Shown: positions 18,437 through 30,180, counted from the stretch's first letter. The stretch is DNA of 64,000 nt from Opitutales bacterium (GCA_965226205.1 CBDDCJ010000029.1:20667-84666); one strand, 5' to 3'. The notes: a model not told the origin generated them from the letters alone. A program made the numbers and translations.

Positions 18437-20410
18437 ACACTACCAATTTTATTAAGGATTCCCCAATGAAAATTCTCGGATCTAACGCTTTGGATTTCCT
18501 TCAACTCGGCAGTAATAATTGGGTTGCCGGTTCGCAAAAGTCACCCGGTGGCAAGCCCATTATGGTTAATGACCCGCACTTTGACACCAAAATGCTGCCC
18601 ACGCCGATCTATTCTATAGGAATGTTCACCCCTGAATTAAGATCTGTTGGCGTGAATGTGCCTGGTATTCCGGGTTTATTGGTGGGCAGAAATGAATATG
18701 TCGCAGCCGGGGTAACCGTTGCTTATGGTGATGCCCAGGATTTGTATATTGAAACAATCGATCCGAATAATCCGGCTAACTATCTGGAGGGCAAAAAGTC
18801 GATTCCATTTGAAGTGATTGAACAAACCCTGAAAATCAAGGATGAAGATGATCCAAGTGGTTTCAGAACGGAAAAATTAACTATTCGCCTGACGAAACGA
18901 GGCCCCGTGATTTCGAATGTTCTGAAGGATTTTAAAACGGAAAAACTGGTCACTGTTCGCTATGCTCCCGTGGAAAGCATGCAACCTTCCCTGGGTCTGG
19001 ATTTTCTTTTGAAATCTAAATCGGTCGGAGACATAAAAAATTATTTGAAAGATATCACTACAGTATATTTGAATTTTGTTTTTGCTGATGTTCATGGTGG
19101 TATAGCTTGGCAGACTAGCGGAAGAATTCCTATTCGATCTAAAGGAAATGGTTCAGTTCCCTTTAAAGTAACAGATGATCAGGACAACTGGGCGGGCTGG
19201 ATTCCCTATGAGGAAATGCCTCAAAACTACCAACCAGATAGAGGATGGGTTGGTACCGCTAATCATAAAACGGTAACCAAAGATTACCCTTACTACTACT
19301 CTTCCCAGTTTTCCCCAAGTTATCGCTATCAACGTATGACCGAGTTACTGGACTCTCCAGGGAAAAAGACTGTGGACGATCATTGGAATTTCATGCGGGA
19401 CGATCTGAATGTTTTATCCAGAGCGATATCTCCCATTCTGGCCAAAGCTTTAATTGCCCAACCTGAGACTCGTAAAATGGGAGAAATATTAAACCAATGG
19501 GATTTTAGAGATAAAATTGATTCTCCCGCGCCAAGTATATTTCAGGAAACCTATCGAAACCTGGCCGGACTGGTTTTTAAAGATGAACTGGGAGAAGAGC
19601 TCGGTTCTTATTTGATCGGCAATAACTAGAGGCTGTCCCAAAGTTATAACCATTTGTTTTACAGTGAGTTAACTTGTTTATAAAGCTGTTATAAAGACCG
19701 TTTTTAGAGGATTTTGGGCAATTTCGATGTCTATAACACCGTCAGCCTTTCTCTTGTTTTGCATATTCAAATACAATTCTACCATAGACCTCTGTCTGAC
19801 GCGATTATATTTATAACGAAAAGAGGCCTTATACAGCGTTTTTGACGGAATTGAATGACTTACGTTCCCATACAGTTCGGAGTCGAATATTTCAATTCGC
19901 AAAATTCGGGTTTTTGGGACAGCCTCTAACTACTTCTGGCAGGAAAGACTGGGAATAATGATCAATGAGGGTGAATCCGAATGGTTTGACGATGTTAGCA
20001 CTAAGGATAAGATAGAAACCCTGACAGACCTGATACAAAAAGCTGGAATGAAAACGCGCGAGGATCTAATGGAGAGGATTGGTGATGATCCGGAAGACTG
20101 GCTTTGGGGGAAAATCCATCAAATAGAATTTCTTAACCCTATTCGAAGAAGCGGATTGGGAAAAGGCTGGTTAAGGGGAGGCTCTCATCCTATGGCAGGT
20201 TCAGGAGACACGATTTACCGCGCGCGTTTTTCTTTAAATCAAGAAGGCAACTTCGTAAAGGTTTCCGCTGCTCTCAGGATGGTGGCTGACCTGAACGATA
20301 ATGAAAAAGTGTTGGCGGTAATATCAGGTGGCGTCGTCGGGCGAACGTTCTCTCCTCACTTCACCGATCAAATCGAGGCCTATATGAGTGGAGAAAAAAT
20401 GTATTGGTGA
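18437..20410 (+). pseudogene. Penicillin/AHL acylase family (Ntn hydrolase), alpha-subunit region lost, split by a MITE
   Basis: The reading frame starts just before the beta-subunit nucleophile motif GSNNWVAG. ORFs 18466..19629 and 19958..20410 rejoin in frame as ..YLIGNNYFWQERLGIMINEGESEW.. when MITE A2 and one AACT are removed. Confidence 0.8.
19628..19927. mobile_element. 300-bp MITE, copy A2, TSD AACT
   Basis: It has the same termini as A1. By eye there are about 5 substitutions relative to A1. AACT is at 19624-19627 and 19928-19931. Confidence 0.9.
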
Positions 20411-21598
20411 TTCAGCGATGAAAAGATAGAAGAACATGCTCGCTCCGAATTACATTTAATTCCTTAAACTTCCCTTTGACGCAGAAACACTGAAAACTCC
20501 CGCACTCTAGGGACGCAATCAAATTTTGGCCAACAAAATGATGCAAAGGAATTTGCTCAAACTGGCGTCGCGGCTATTGGTTGGGCGAATAGGCTTTGTT
20601 TGGCCTCTTCCAGGTTTTGATGGACGGTCCATTTTTTATAGTCTTCGAATTCCTGGCAGGTTTTTGTGACTTGGGAACTGCCGGCCAGTGCGCCGGGCAC
20701 GGCCAGGTTTTCGCATTCTTCCAGCGCCTCGCCGATCAATTCAAATGTTTCCATATGGTATTCCTTAACCTCAAGGGCGTCGATAATAACTTTTCCGTAG
20801 CCGTCTTCGACCACTTCGGCCAGTTTGGTGGCGAGAATCTTTTGCATATCGTGTATATCCTTAAGGTCGCCATGGGGAATATTGATGATGAAATACTCGC
20901 CCTCTATGCGATAATATTTGCTCGTCATATCGATATGAAGAGTGCGCGCGATATTGGATTTTAATTCCACAAAATTGATCGGCTTGGTTACAATGGTGTT
21001 GAAACCCGATTCCTGCGCTTTGCGCTGCTCATCGACCGCCGTCTTGATGGAGAGTTCGAAAACGGGCACGCCACGGGTGCGGGCATTGGAGCGTAAAAAA
21101 CGAATCAAGGAGAAAGCCCCGTTCTCCGGCAGGGAGAGGCTTACGATGAGACGATCAACCTTATTCTGGAGCGTGTATTCCATCGCTTCGGAAGGCCCTT
21201 TGAGGCTTTTCACGACCCAGGAATTGCTGACCAGGTTTTCCCTGATCTGACGCACGATGATCGGTTTGTCGTCGATTAGAAGGATCTTCGCTCTGGCGAT
21301 GCTTTGAACGCCTTCTCCCAGTGGCACCGTTTGGGAATCGAGATTAGTCATTTCCGATGTCAATCCCTGTTCACCGATCTCTATTTTGAGAGTATCGAAA
21401 GTTTCCCGCAGTTCATCCAGAGCGACCTCCAGGGAATCGAGGCTGCTTTCGTTCAACTGGTCGATTTTTTCCACCGAATTCCTGAATTTGTAAGCGCCGA
21501 AAGTGAGGCAGGAGCCTTTCATCGCATCGAGGCGGGAGAGGGCCGGCAGAATATCGCCATCGGCTATCAGGTTTCTCGTATTGGCGATACCCTTATCT

Positions 21599-23424
21599 AG
21601 AGGCTGTCCCAAAAGGGTGATTTTTGCGAGGGGATTTTGAAGAGTGTTCATTTTAGTGGTATTTTCTTTTGGGAGGGGGTGACTTTGCTCTCCTATGACG
21701 TTAGGATTCTGGTTTTGGGGTCCGTTTGCCTGGTTTTCTTTGTATGGGCCGACAGTAGGCCTGTGAAAAAGTATTGTCCTTGCTTTTCCGCTCTTTATTT
21801 AGGCCGCCGCTTTGGTTTTTAGTTCATCTTGCTGGGCCAGCATCTTGGCCACTTTCCATAGATTGTGCGAGAGGACCGACCAGGCTACGCTGATCGAGCG
21901 GTTGGCAAAGCCTTTGCTGCGCAATCGCCCGGCCTGCCAGCGATTCTTCAATACCCCGATCCGCCCTTCGGTGCTGGCCCGGCGCTTTTGCAATTGCCTG
22001 AAGTGTGGTTCCTCCATCCGTTTTTTCAACTGCTTCGGATCGCGTGGACAGAGCGCATCGTAGATGCCCTCCTGGGCTAACTGCCGGCGGGCCCGCTGGG
22101 AGGCGAATCCCCGGTCCGCGCACATGGCCGCTATGGGTTCGGCTAGGTTGAAGCGGTTCTGTCTTTGCAAACTCTCTTGCATTTGTTCATTTTCGCTTGG
22201 CGTCCGGCTGCCGTAGAGTTTCCAGTCCAGCAGGTATCCTTCAACGCTTTCACCCAAAAACAGGGTGTTGCCAAACTCAACCTCTTGGCCCGCTTTGCCT
22301 CGCACAATCACCTGCGCATCGGGTTCGTAAACACTCAAAACTTTCTCTGCGTTTTTCACCTGGCGGCCGCCAATGATTCGCTCGTGCGCTTGCTTGATGA
22401 CCACCGGGATTAGCTCGCTCATACGCTCCATCCGGGTAAGGATCTGTTGGACCTGTTTTTCGCTGTAATCGCTTTGCTCCCAGCAGGCTTGCAATAATTC
22501 CCGGTGACTGCGGGCATGCTCCCCGATCCGTTTGAGCAGCTTTTTCATCTGCCTCAAGATACCCTTGCGTTGCCGCGCGCTGTCCTTTCGCCGCCGGCTG
22601 TGGGTCATCTGTATGCACAGCCGATTCATCTGCCGAGCCAAGGGCTCCGGTTCGATCGGCATGCGATGGCGCAAACCGGCCTTCTCACGGATCAGCCGGA
22701 TCGCTTTGAGCAGCGTGCCCGCTACATCCTTGAGCAGCACCCAGTCCGTCGGCCAATGAATGTTGACCTCCAAACAGGTGCCGTCGATCAGGCAAATGGT
22801 GGTGTCTATCGGCTTGTCCAATCCCACCACCTGCCGGGCCAGAAGGGCATCGCCCACAACCTCAGTCAAGGTCCGGTGCAAGGCCCTCAACTGCTCTTCG
22901 CTGAAAAACTTCGAGGCCCGTTCCAGGGTGCTCTTGGAGATGCCCCTTATGCCGTCGATATGGCGGACACGACAAAAGTCAGCCAACAGATCGCTGCTGC
23001 CCAGAGCCCTCGACAAATGCCGAAACGAAATCCCACCGAGCAGATAACGCAGCGTTTCCATACGCAACGCCTTGAGGGCAAAATTAGCCCGCTTTTGCCG
23101 GGCCTTTACACTCATTGGCTGGCCTCTTTCCAAGGCCAGATCAACGCCCTGCGATTCCACCTCCGAATCGATCAGCAGCCGGTCGATACGCTCGATGGTG
23201 GCGCGAAAGTTATCGTAATCGAGGCAACGGTCGACCACAGTTAAAGCTGGACGCAGGAGGCATTGGATGGCTATATTTTTCATAGAAAGGGCTATATTGA
23301 TTTTCGCTAACGCAATTATAGAACCCTTTTTTAGCCGGATCGAGCAAAAAAATGCTCTTTCTGGCTATTTTTATAAACGTCATCCAGTTGACTACAAAAT
23401 CTTTATATTTTTGGGACAGCCTCT
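21599..23424 (-). mobile_element. IS copy 2 (intact), 1826 bp, 16-bp TIR AGAGGCTGTCCCAAAA, TSD ATCT
   Basis: ATCT is at 21595-21598 and 23425-23428. It carries a single 494-aa transposase ORF. Confidence 0.9.
21799..23283 (-). CDS. DDE transposase (IS5/IS1182-like; family assignment uncertain)
   Basis: 494 aa. Candidate D-D-E context: LIDGTCLEVNIHWPTD, MCADRGFAS, STEGRIGVLKNRW. It also has the SVYEPDAQVIVRGKAGQEVEFGN motif typical of IS5-superfamily enzymes. Confidence 0.8.
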   Translation of the reverse strand: MKNIAIQCLLRPALTVVDRCLDYDNFRATIERIDRLLIDSEVESQGVDLALERGQPMSVKARQKRANFALKALRMETLRYLLGGISFRHLSRALGSSDLLADFCRVRHIDGIRGISKSTLERASKFFSEEQLRALHRTLTEVVGDALLARQVVGLDKPIDTTICLIDGTCLEVNIHWPTDWVLLKDVAGTLLKAIRLIREKAGLRHRMPIEPEPLARQMNRLCIQMTHSRRRKDSARQRKGILRQMKKLLKRIGEHARSHRELLQACWEQSDYSEKQVQQILTRMERMSELIPVVIKQAHERIIGGRQVKNAEKVLSVYEPDAQVIVRGKAGQEVEFGNTLFLGESVEGYLLDWKLYGSRTPSENEQMQESLQRQNRFNLAEPIAAMCADRGFASQRARRQLAQEGIYDALCPRDPKQLKKRMEEPHFRQLQKRRASTEGRIGVLKNRWQAGRLRSKGFANRSISVAWSVLSHNLWKVAKMLAQQDELKTKAAA

Positions 23425-23571
23425 ATCTAGGTCCGTTATGAATAATTCGAGAATTTTGAGATAGCGCACATAGTCGATTTCGAGCCGGGAGATGACCACC
23501 TCGGGATCCGTCAACACTTCATTGGACATTTTGCTTTTGACGGGAATTCTATCCGCTACTTTGCGCACTTG

Positions 23572-23913
23572 CTAGATCAACCGCGATGCTTTGAATGGTT
23601 TCAGAATAAAGTCCTTAACATCGTTTTTAACCGCGTCCATGACCAGTTCGCGGTCCCGGTTCATCGTCACCAGAATGATTGGCATCGTTTTAAAACGGGT
23701 GTCCTGGCGCATGCGCTTGATCAGTTCGATACCAGTCAATTCGGGCATTACATTGTCGAGTATGCAGAGGTCCACATCAAGGCCCTTGTCCAGCATTTGC
23801 CAGGCCACCTCTCCGTCGTCCGCATCGACGATGCTCCAGGTTTTTTCCCGGCGCAGGATTTCACACATGGTGGTCCTGATTACGGCATCGTCATCGACAG
23901 TTAAAATATTCAT
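23572..23913 (-). CDS. Single-domain response regulator (CheY-like)
   Basis: 113 aa with ILTVDDD, DLCILDNVMPELTG and ILKPF motifs. Confidence 0.9.
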   Translation of the reverse strand: MNILTVDDDAVIRTTMCEILRREKTWSIVDADDGEVAWQMLDKGLDVDLCILDNVMPELTGIELIKRMRQDTRFKTMPIILVTMNRDRELVMDAVKNDVKDFILKPFKASRLI

Positions 23914-23927
23914 GGGAACGCAAATTC

Positions 23928-26378
23928 CTATGGGCTGACGGTAGCCGATAAGTGAGACTTGATGGCCTGGAAGGTTTTATCTAGGGTGCCGAGGTGGGAC
24001 TCCAGCTCTTTCAAGTCTCCATTGCGGGCATTGTATTCCACCATTTGCGATACTTTCATCAATTCGTTCTGGCCGCATTGCCCGGCAGAACCCGCGATGC
24101 TGTGGGCGTGAATCCTGACGTTTTCCAGGTCGCCCTGCGAGAAAGCTTCCTGGAAGAGGACAACCCGTTTTGAAACCTCTTTGAGGAAAACGGCGATGAC
24201 CCTCTCGCTAATATACTCCAAATCTTCCGGCTCCAATTCTCCCCCATCTTCTTCCCACTGATTTTCCAACGATTGCTCAAGTTCGCTCAATTGCGGTTCG
24301 GGCCTGACTTTAAATTCTTCCGTCTCCGTCTTTTCATCGTTAGAATCAACCTCCGGCAATCGGTTTCCGCGCTTTAACTGGTATTCGATTGCTCTTTGCA
24401 AGGCATTCGCCAGATTTTTTTTCTTAACCGGTTTGGCCACAAAATCGCTCATGCCAGCCTCCAGAAACTTTTCTCTATCCCGGGGCAGGGCGCTGGCCGT
24501 CATGGCGATAATATAAATCTGGTTGTCGAGGACTTGGGAGTCGGGTTTGCGAATCAGTTTAGACGCCGTAATGCCATCCATTTTCGGCATGTTGACATCC
24601 ATCAGGACGACGTCATAGTGCTCCTTGGTGAGCGCTTGGACGGCTTTTCGGCCGTTATCCCGAATGTCGATTTTGTGTCCCATGGACTCGACCTGTATCT
24701 TGGCAATTTCCTGGTTTGTCAGGTTGTCCTCGGCCAGCAGAACCTTAAGCTGTTTGTTGGGAGGCAAGGCTGCGGCCGCGGCATTGTTTTGCAAATTTGA
24801 CGCCAGGTCCCCAACGGCGAATTCTGAGCCTCTGACCGGATGCTGGTCCGCCTGTTTCTCCAATCGCAGAAAGACGAAGAATTCCGCTCCCTTCCCGGGA
24901 TCGCTCTTGACCACGATTTTTCCCTTCATCATTTCCACCAGGCGCCTGCAAATGCTCAGGCCGAGGCCCGTGCCTCCGAATTTTCGAGTGGTCGATATGT
25001 CGGCTTGCTGAAATGGCTTAAACAATAATTCTTGACCCGATTTCGATATCCCGATTCCTGAATCCCGGACGGCTATGCGGAGAGAGACGGAAGAGGCGTT
25101 TTCTTTGCGGCAATCCAAATTCACCCGAATAAAACCTTCATTGGTAAATTTAATCGCATTGCCGACCAAATTTATGAGGATTTGGCGGATGCGGGTGGGG
25201 TCCCCGATGAGCTGGCGTGGCACGTTCTGCCCGATATTCAACTCGAGATCCAGTCCTTTCTCGTTGACTCGGTGCTTCAACAATTCCACGGAAGTCTCAA
25301 TCGTTTTTATGAAGTCGAATGGAATAGACTCCAAGGCCAACTGGCCGGATTCCACTTTTGAATAATCGAGAATATCATTGATAATGCGCAGGAGCGAATT
25401 GGCGGATTCCTGCATGGTTTCCGCGTAATGGCGCTGTTGGGGATCGAGTTTCGTTTCCTGAAGAATCTCACTCATGCCGATGACGCCGTTGAGAGGGCTG
25501 CGAAATTCGTGGCTCATCATGGCCAGAAAAGCATCCTTGGCCCGATTGGCGGCCTCCGCCTCCTCTTTGGCCCGGGCGAGGGCTTCCTCGATTTTTTTGC
25601 GTCTCGAAATATCGTAAAAACCGGCCAGCAAGGCGGGCCTTTCCTCGAAATCAACTTTGCGGATGGACATGGAAAGCCAGAAGCGATCCCCGTTCAGGTT
25701 TTTCATTTCGACTTCATCGAAATCACGCGTTTTTTTACTTTGTATAGCCTTGCTTAATTTCGATCTAACCTCGTCATCGACCAGAAAATTGAAGGCGTTT
25801 TGCGAGCATATTTGATCGGAGGGAACACCGAAAACATTGATCGCCCTTTCGTTGGCCATCAAGATATCGCCCTTGGGTGTGCTTGCCATTATCAGTGGAA
25901 CGGGTGTGGCGTCGAAAATGTGCTGTATGCGGTTTTTGGACTTTTGCAGGTCCTGCTGGACTTTTTTGCGGTAGGCGATCTCTCTTTGCAATTCGAGGTG
26001 AATCCGCACTCTGGCCAGCAATTCGGAGGGGTTGAAGGGCTTGGTCACATAGTCCGTCCCGCCGCTCTTAAAGGCTTTGACGATTTCCGAGGGCTTGTCG
26101 AAAGCGCTCAGAAAAATGACCGGAATTTCCTTGGTTTTCGAATCGGCCTTTAATTTGCGGCAGATTTCCACCCCACTGATGCCCGGCAGATCGATATCGA
26201 GCAAGATGAGATCGGGAGTGGAGTTCTCCAGATAAGCCAGAGCCTCGACTCCGTTAATCGCATTAAATACCCGATATCCTCGATCTTTAAACAGCGAGGA
26301 CAGCAAACACCGTACAGTGCTGGAGTCATCGACGATTAGAATATCGCCGAGCCCCCAGTCTTGGGAACCATAAACCAT
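23928..26378 (-). CDS. Hybrid sensor histidine kinase (REC-PAS-HisKA-HATPase-REC-Hpt)
   Basis: 816 aa. It has the H-box [12 protein letters not shown] and the G2 box [15 protein letters not shown]. The two receivers carry [14 protein letters not shown] and [14 protein letters not shown]. The C-terminal Hpt is [13 protein letters not shown]. Confidence 0.9.
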   Translation of the reverse strand: MVYGSQDWGLGDILIVDDSSTVRCLLSSLFKDRGYRVFNAINGVEALAYLENSTPDLILLDIDLPGISGVEICRKLKADSKTKEIPVIFLSAFDKPSEIVKAFKSGGTDYVTKPFNPSELLARVRIHLELQREIAYRKKVQQDLQKSKNRIQHIFDATPVPLIMASTPKGDILMANERAINVFGVPSDQICSQNAFNFLVDDEVRSKLSKAIQSKKTRDFDEVEMKNLNGDRFWLSMSIRKVDFEERPALLAGFYDISRRKKIEEALARAKEEAEAANRAKDAFLAMMSHEFRSPLNGVIGMSEILQETKLDPQQRHYAETMQESANSLLRIINDILDYSKVESGQLALESIPFDFIKTIETSVELLKHRVNEKGLDLELNIGQNVPRQLIGDPTRIRQILINLVGNAIKFTNEGFIRVNLDCRKENASSVSLRIAVRDSGIGISKSGQELLFKPFQQADISTTRKFGGTGLGLSICRRLVEMMKGKIVVKSDPGKGAEFFVFLRLEKQADQHPVRGSEFAVGDLASNLQNNAAAAALPPNKQLKVLLAEDNLTNQEIAKIQVESMGHKIDIRDNGRKAVQALTKEHYDVVLMDVNMPKMDGITASKLIRKPDSQVLDNQIYIIAMTASALPRDREKFLEAGMSDFVAKPVKKKNLANALQRAIEYQLKRGNRLPEVDSNDEKTETEEFKVRPEPQLSELEQSLENQWEEDGGELEPEDLEYISERVIAVFLKEVSKRVVLFQEAFSQGDLENVRIHAHSIAGSAGQCGQNELMKVSQMVEYNARNGDLKELESHLGTLDKTFQAIKSHLSATVSP

Positions 26379-26441
26379 AGAGGCTTTAAATCGACGGAGT
26401 TAAAATTTTCTAAATGGAAATTTTTAAAAATCGAACGCCGG

Positions 26442-28703
26442 CTATTTAAACCTGCGCAGTCGAAGGCTGTTGGCCACCACGGAAATGCTGCTCAGGGCCA
26501 TGGCTGCGCTGCCGATCATGGGATTGAGGAGCCAACCCGTCCAGGGGTAGAGGATTCCTGCCGCAATGGGCACACCCGCCATGTTGTAAAGAAAAGCGAA
26601 AAAAAGGTTTTGCCGGATGGTTCCCAGAATGCGGCGCGACAACCGAACCGCCACCGCCACCCCCTGGAGGTCGTTATGGATCAGGGTGATGTCCCCGGCC
26701 TCGATGGCCGCCTCGGTCCCGGAGGCAATGGCGAAGCCGATATCGGCCTGGGCCAGGGCCGGGGCGTCGTTGATCCCGTCACCGACCATTCCCAGAAGCA
26801 TTCCCTCGTCCTGCCATTGCTTGACCAGGCTGGCTTTACCGGCGGGTTTTACCTCGGCCAGATAATGTTCGATTCCGAGCTGGCGGGCGATTTTTTCCAC
26901 CGCCGCCGGCTGGTCGCCCGATACCAGCCGAATATCAATTTTCTGTTTGCGAATGGTATTGATGAAATCCTGCGAGCCTGGGCGGAGGGCATCCCCCACC
27001 GCCAGCAAGCCAGCGGCTTTTCCATCGATTGAAACCAAAACGGGTGTTTCACCGGCATGGGAAATTTCCTCAATTCCACGGGAAAGAGCCTCCAGGCCGA
27101 TATTTCTGTCTTTCATCAAGGGAATATTGCCGATGAGGAGTTTTTGGTTTTCAACCACCGCCTCGATTCCGAACCCTTCCAGAGCGCGGAAATCTTTTGG
27201 CTCGCTCAAGGTTAATGCCTTCTCTTTGGCCAACTCGAAGAGGGCCCGGCCCACCGGATGCTCGGAGGCGGATTCGGCGCTCCCGCATAATCTCAGGAGC
27301 TCGTCTTCCCCAATCTCATCGGTGGTCTGGATTCTTAAAACGCGCGGGCGGCCCTCCGTCAGGGTTCCCGTTTTATCCAAAACGATGCCATCCAGTTTGC
27401 TCACCAATTCGAGAGCTTCGCCATTTTTGACCAGGATGCCCAACTCGGCCCCTCTGCCCATTCCCACTGTGATGGCTGTGGGCGTGGCCAGACCCAGAGC
27501 GCAGGGACAGGCGATGATGAGGACGGATACAAATACCTGCAAAGCAAAGGGCAGGGCGGGTTCCGGCCCGAATTTCAACCAATAGGCGCCGGCGGCCAAT
27601 GCAATGAACAGGATCACTGGAACAAAATAGCCGCTGATGACATCGGCCAGACGGGCAATCGGGAGTTTGGAACTTTGCGCATCGCGCACCAGATCGACGA
27701 TTTTTCGCAGCAGGGTGTCCGTGGCCGCGGATGTCACCCGGAAGCGGAAACTTCCCGTGCGGTTCAAGGTGCCGCTGTAAACGGGATGGCCGGGATTTTT
27801 TTCCACCGGCATGGGCTCACCCGTCAGCATCGATTCATCGATGGAAGAAGAGCCCGAAATGATTTCACCGTCGAGGGGCAGGATTTCGCCGGGCCTGACG
27901 ATAACGATTTCCCCCACGGACACTTCTTGAAATGGCGTCTTTATCTCACGTTCATCGCGGATGACACTGGCTGTCTTGGGTTGCAGCCCAATCAGGTTGC
28001 GCAGGGCGGCGGTGGTATTTCTTTTAGCCCGCGCTTCCAGCAGCCGGCCCAACCCCACCAGAACGATTATCACCACCGTGGCATCGTAATAAAGATGGGG
28101 CGCCTGGCCCAGTTTTTCCCAAAATCCGGGCGCCAAGGTGACGGAAAAACTGTAAAGATAGGCGGTTCCCGAACCGATGGAAATGAGGGTGTTCATATCT
28201 GCCCCAAAATGCGAAAGCCGACTCCAGGCGCTCCTAAAGAAGGGACTGCCGGTCAAAATCAATACGCCCGTGGCCAGGCCCCAGAGAATCCAGGAATGGC
28301 CGGGAAAAACGATTTTGCCCATCGAAATGATAAGAACGGCGGCAGCCATGATCGCGGAAAAACCCAATTTGAGGGACTGGCGTTGGTATTCCTGGGCTTC
28401 ATCTTTTTGGCGGCGCTCTTCGGCTTCGGCCAAATCCGCCCTAAAATCGAGCAATTCAGCCACGTATCCTTCACCGGCAATTTGGGCGCAAATCCGTTCA
28501 GGGTTAATGCTGCCAGCCTCATAAGCCACCTGCACCTCGCCCGCGGCCAGATTTACCAGCGCCCGATGGACCCCTTCCAATTGGAGAATCGATTTCTCCA
28601 CCCGCCCCACGCATGAAGCGCAATGCATCCCTTTGACCGAAAACCGATCCTCCCGCTCCGTCGGGAGAACAGCCACTGACTCAGGTGTAGTTTTCATTTG
28701 CAT
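26442..28703 (-). CDS. copA: Copper-translocating P1B-type ATPase
   Basis: 753 aa with an HMA domain [12 protein letters not shown], the CPC motif [20 protein letters not shown] and [10 protein letters not shown]. Confidence 0.92.
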   Translation of the reverse strand: MQMKTTPESVAVLPTEREDRFSVKGMHCASCVGRVEKSILQLEGVHRALVNLAAGEVQVAYEAGSINPERICAQIAGEGYVAELLDFRADLAEAEERRQKDEAQEYQRQSLKLGFSAIMAAAVLIISMGKIVFPGHSWILWGLATGVLILTGSPFFRSAWSRLSHFGADMNTLISIGSGTAYLYSFSVTLAPGFWEKLGQAPHLYYDATVVIIVLVGLGRLLEARAKRNTTAALRNLIGLQPKTASVIRDEREIKTPFQEVSVGEIVIVRPGEILPLDGEIISGSSSIDESMLTGEPMPVEKNPGHPVYSGTLNRTGSFRFRVTSAATDTLLRKIVDLVRDAQSSKLPIARLADVISGYFVPVILFIALAAGAYWLKFGPEPALPFALQVFVSVLIIACPCALGLATPTAITVGMGRGAELGILVKNGEALELVSKLDGIVLDKTGTLTEGRPRVLRIQTTDEIGEDELLRLCGSAESASEHPVGRALFELAKEKALTLSEPKDFRALEGFGIEAVVENQKLLIGNIPLMKDRNIGLEALSRGIEEISHAGETPVLVSIDGKAAGLLAVGDALRPGSQDFINTIRKQKIDIRLVSGDQPAAVEKIARQLGIEHYLAEVKPAGKASLVKQWQDEGMLLGMVGDGINDAPALAQADIGFAIASGTEAAIEAGDITLIHNDLQGVAVAVRLSRRILGTIRQNLFFAFLYNMAGVPIAAGILYPWTGWLLNPMIGSAAMALSSISVVANSLRLRRFK

Positions 28704-28809
28704 TCAAGTTTTGCTTGGCACTATTCGCCGGAATGATTAAATATCTAATATCGATCCTATTGACCAAATTAAAATCACTCCTGTTTTCCGCGGGCTGAGC
28801 GAGGAAGCC

Positions 28810-29202
28810 TTGCAGAATTTGACGAGCAATCTGCGCTCCCTGGATTATTCACCCGGCAATATTGTTATAACCGAGGGCACCTTGGGGGACACTCTTTACA
28901 TTATCTCGGAAGGCTCCGTGGAGGTTGTGAAAAATCTGGACGAGCCCGGGGAAATAATCCTGGACAACCTCAAAAAGGGGGAAATATTTGGGGAAATGTC
29001 AATCATAGAGTCGGTTCTCCGATCGGCTACGGTGAGGGCCCTGGAGGAACCCACCAGGGTTTACGCACTCCATAAATCGGACCTTCATCGTCTTTTCAAG
29101 ACCGCTCCCACCCAATTCGCCCTCCTTATTTTGAACATTTCCCGCGACCTTTGCCGCAGGCTTCGCAAGATTGACGATCTTTACGCGGCCAGAGGCGATT
29201 GA
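28810..29202 (+). CDS. Cyclic-nucleotide-binding domain protein
   Basis: cNMP-binding fold (..GDTLYIISEGSVEV..FGEMSII..RSATVRA). Domain-like sequence (IKITPVFRGLSEEAL) continues upstream to the stop at 28738 without ATG/GTG/TTG, so the start is uncertain. Confidence 0.7.
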   Translation: MQNLTSNLRSLDYSPGNIVITEGTLGDTLYIISEGSVEVVKNLDEPGEIILDNLKKGEIFGEMSIIESVLRSATVRALEEPTRVYALHKSDLHRLFKTAPTQFALLILNISRDLCRRLRKIDDLYAARGD

Positions 29203-29309
29203 GGGATATCCCGCCATCAAGCATCATTCAAAGTTTCATTTTCCATAAAAAAAACCGAAGGGCTCAAAATGCTTCAAATAGCGCCAGCCCAAGCAAAAGG
29301 GCCATCCAA

Positions 29310-30164
29310 ATGAAGAAGATACTCGTTTGCGCTGACGGCTCCGATTACGCCCAGGTTTGCTGCCAGTACGCCGCCTGGCTGGCCGGGCGGTCCGGCGCCC
29401 ATATCGATTTGCTCTACCTGACCGACATCCGGCAATTTGAAGTGCCCTTCATCGCTGATTTAAGCGGCAGCCTCGGCATCCAGCCCTACCAGGACATCAT
29501 GAGCCAACTGCAAGAAATGGAACGCAAAAAAGCCATCATGATCGAGGAAACAAGCCGCCAGGCGCTGGCCGCCGGTGGACAGGCCGACGGGATAAGTTTT
29601 CACCACCGCACAGGTCTGCTCATCGATTGTCTGGGAGACTTTGAGAACGATGTGGATCTCGTCATGCTCGGCAAACGAGGAGAAAATGCCGATTTTGCCA
29701 CCGAGCACCTCGGCTCGACCATGGAACGCGTTCTGCGGGCGAGCAAAAAACCTTGCCTCGTGACCTCCCGTAAATTTAGGGAAATCCGCAAAATCCTGCT
29801 CGCCTACGACGACGGCCAAAGTTGCCGCAAAGCCCTCCGGCACCTCATCATATCCGGCCTGGAAATCATGAAGGATGTTCAATTTCACATCGTTACGGTA
29901 GTCGAAAATAAGGATCAGGCGTTCGCCCAAAAAAGCCTTGGAGAGGCGGAATCGGTCTCCCGGCCGGCCGGTTACAAAACGGTCTGCCAATTGCTGAACG
30001 GCCATGTCGAGGAGGCCCTCTCCGGCTATGTCGAAAAAGAAAACATCGACCTCCTCGTCATGGGCGCCTACGGCCACACCCGCATCCGCTACCTTCTCAT
30101 CGGAAGCGCCACCACCACCGCCACCCTCAGAAGCTGCAAAATACCCGTCCTTTGCTTTAGGTAA
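29310..30164 (+). CDS. Universal stress protein, tandem UspA domains
   Basis: Homology starts at MKKILVCADGSDYAQ (ATG at 29310) inside ORF 29199..30164. It has DLLVMGAYGHTRIRYLLIGSATT. Confidence 0.85.
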   Translation: MKKILVCADGSDYAQVCCQYAAWLAGRSGAHIDLLYLTDIRQFEVPFIADLSGSLGIQPYQDIMSQLQEMERKKAIMIEETSRQALAAGGQADGISFHHRTGLLIDCLGDFENDVDLVMLGKRGENADFATEHLGSTMERVLRASKKPCLVTSRKFREIRKILLAYDDGQSCRKALRHLIISGLEIMKDVQFHIVTVVENKDQAFAQKSLGEAESVSRPAGYKTVCQLLNGHVEEALSGYVEKENIDLLVMGAYGHTRIRYLLIGSATTTATLRSCKIPVLCFR

Positions 30165-30180
30165 ACGCAGCTGTAGGTTA

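Larger units (their letters stand above)
20557..23529 (-). pseudogene. Hpt-like / receiver-like / STAS-like regulator interrupted by IS copy 2
   Basis: MSNEVLTDPEVVISRLEIDYVRYLKILELFITDL (23529 downwards) rejoins DKGIANTRNLIADGD.. (21598 downwards) in frame once the IS and one ATCT are removed. It contains LDAMKGSCLTFGA (Hpt-like, with D where His is expected). It contains a receiver-like fold with LIVSLSLP (S where the phospho-Asp is expected). It has a C-terminal STAS-like segment. Confidence 0.7.

Noticed and set aside
21637-21822. 61-aa ORF (MKSVHFSGIFFWEG...) in the IS left end, also present at 18213..18398
   Set aside because: It recurs only because the IS end is repeated. It has no motif and lies in the 3' non-coding region of the transposase gene.
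28741-28809. Upstream extension of the cNMP-binding protein (ISNIDPIDQIKITPVFRGLSEEAL), as evidence for a non-canonical start or recoding
   Set aside because: It is plausibly just use of a rare start (ATT/ATC/CTG) or a short N-terminal truncation. There is nothing further to support recoding.
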